Shown here: positions 63,069-64,000 of the stretch, piece after piece
Layout: each line of letters opens with the position of its first letter
Position numbering within the stretch: the first letter of the stretch is position 1
Origin: Eledone cirrhosa
Taxonomy: Eukaryota
Length of the DNA: 64,000 nt
Reading direction: 5' to 3'
NCBI GenBank assembly: GCA_964016885.1
Contig: OZ024740.1
Location: 140,678,001 to 140,742,000 of the forward strand
Notes under the pieces: model-generated
Seen by the model: only the letters and a program-made list of their open reading frames with translations
Database searches by the model: none
What the model was told of the DNA's origin: nothing
Program-made: the position numbers and the translations under genes

Positions 63069-63345
63069 TCAAATGAATCACTGACTTGATTTTCTCATTT
63101 TTTCCTCTCTTTACGTTGCCTCACCATTCTTGTTTGTTCACCTGTCTCTCTTTCTCCACCCTATTCTTTTTATCCCAATAACTTATTTTAGCTATTGTTC
63201 GCGCTAGCCGGAGGTATCTGGTCTGTAATGCGAAGAAATACCTATGATGGCTAGCAGACCACTGATGATGGATAGTCCCGGCTTCTCTTTCTAATTTTTA
63301 CTTAATATGTATCACATTCACAACAGCACAGCGCGCCATTTTTTA

Positions 63346-63424
<79 letters not shown>

Positions 63425-63426
<2 letters not shown>

Positions 63427-64000
63427 CATCATCATCATCATCGTTTAACGTCCGTGTTCCACGCTTGCATGGGTTTGGACGGGGGTTTTCCCACTTGAGG
63501 CAAGAGTGATTGTCTTGCTCGCATAGGACTGTCTGGCAGGTTTTCTACAGTTGGATGCCCTTCCTAACACCAAGCACATTTACAGTGTGGGTCTGGGAGG
63601 TTTTTACCGTGTTGCCTACACAGCCACATTACAGCGTGGACTGTGTGTTTTTTTGTCGTGACACCTACACGATCTCATTTGTTTCGGCCTGGATGTTGTG
63701 GCACCAACATAACTTTACATAGAAGGGGGCGGTGTGGATGGGGTGGGGGTGGTGGGATGGGGGTGTATTTTGTTAGAGATGCCTACTGACTGTAGTAGGT
63801 TTTACTTTGTATTTAGGTAAGGCGGGTCTTCTCTATTACCGAGTACCGCCAAAGGTCTCGGTCCAGTGACATTGTCTTGGAGAGGTGTAAGTGTGTGAGG
63901 TCGGAGTTTATCAGCTCGTCCCAGGTTTTTCTGGGTCTGCCTATTCCGTGGCTACCGCCTATCTTTATTGCCCTGCACTTTGTTATACAGCTATCGTCCT
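63425..64000 (-). mobile_element. RTE LINE 3' end, running off the window
   Basis: Reverse-complement homolog of 36178-36860 with (CAT)n tail. Confidence 0.82.

Overview
Repeat-dense, AT-rich animal genomic DNA. The tRNA-derived SINEs, RTE LINEs and (TA)n/(ATC)n/(TTA)n microsatellites suggest a cephalopod such as Octopus (inference). Host genes: the last two coding exons of FBXL16 on the minus strand (58838-58986 and 45385-45533, 13.3-kb intron), plus a probable terminal exon (11746-11916) and a weaker candidate internal exon (from 5905) of an unidentified plus-strand gene. Mobile elements: an intact-looking Tx1/L1-clade LINE (1-5638) and a decayed relative (45549-47531), a decayed Gypsy-type LTR element (24239-28668), an internally deleted Tc1/mariner (DD37D-like) element, mariner/Tc1 MITEs, a non-autonomous Helitron, an RLE-type LINE 3' fragment, many RTE fragments and at least two SINE families. 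Most notable observations: (i) several non-coding hammerhead-ribozyme-like motifs, one inside 87-bp inverted repeats and one in direct repeats flanking a ~2-kb non-coding unit (Penelope/retrozyme-like); (ii) a 53-nt GT-AG intron-like spacer in the intact Tx1 LINE whose removal would fuse ORF1 and ORF2 in frame. All calls were made by eye, with no database searches or folding calculations.
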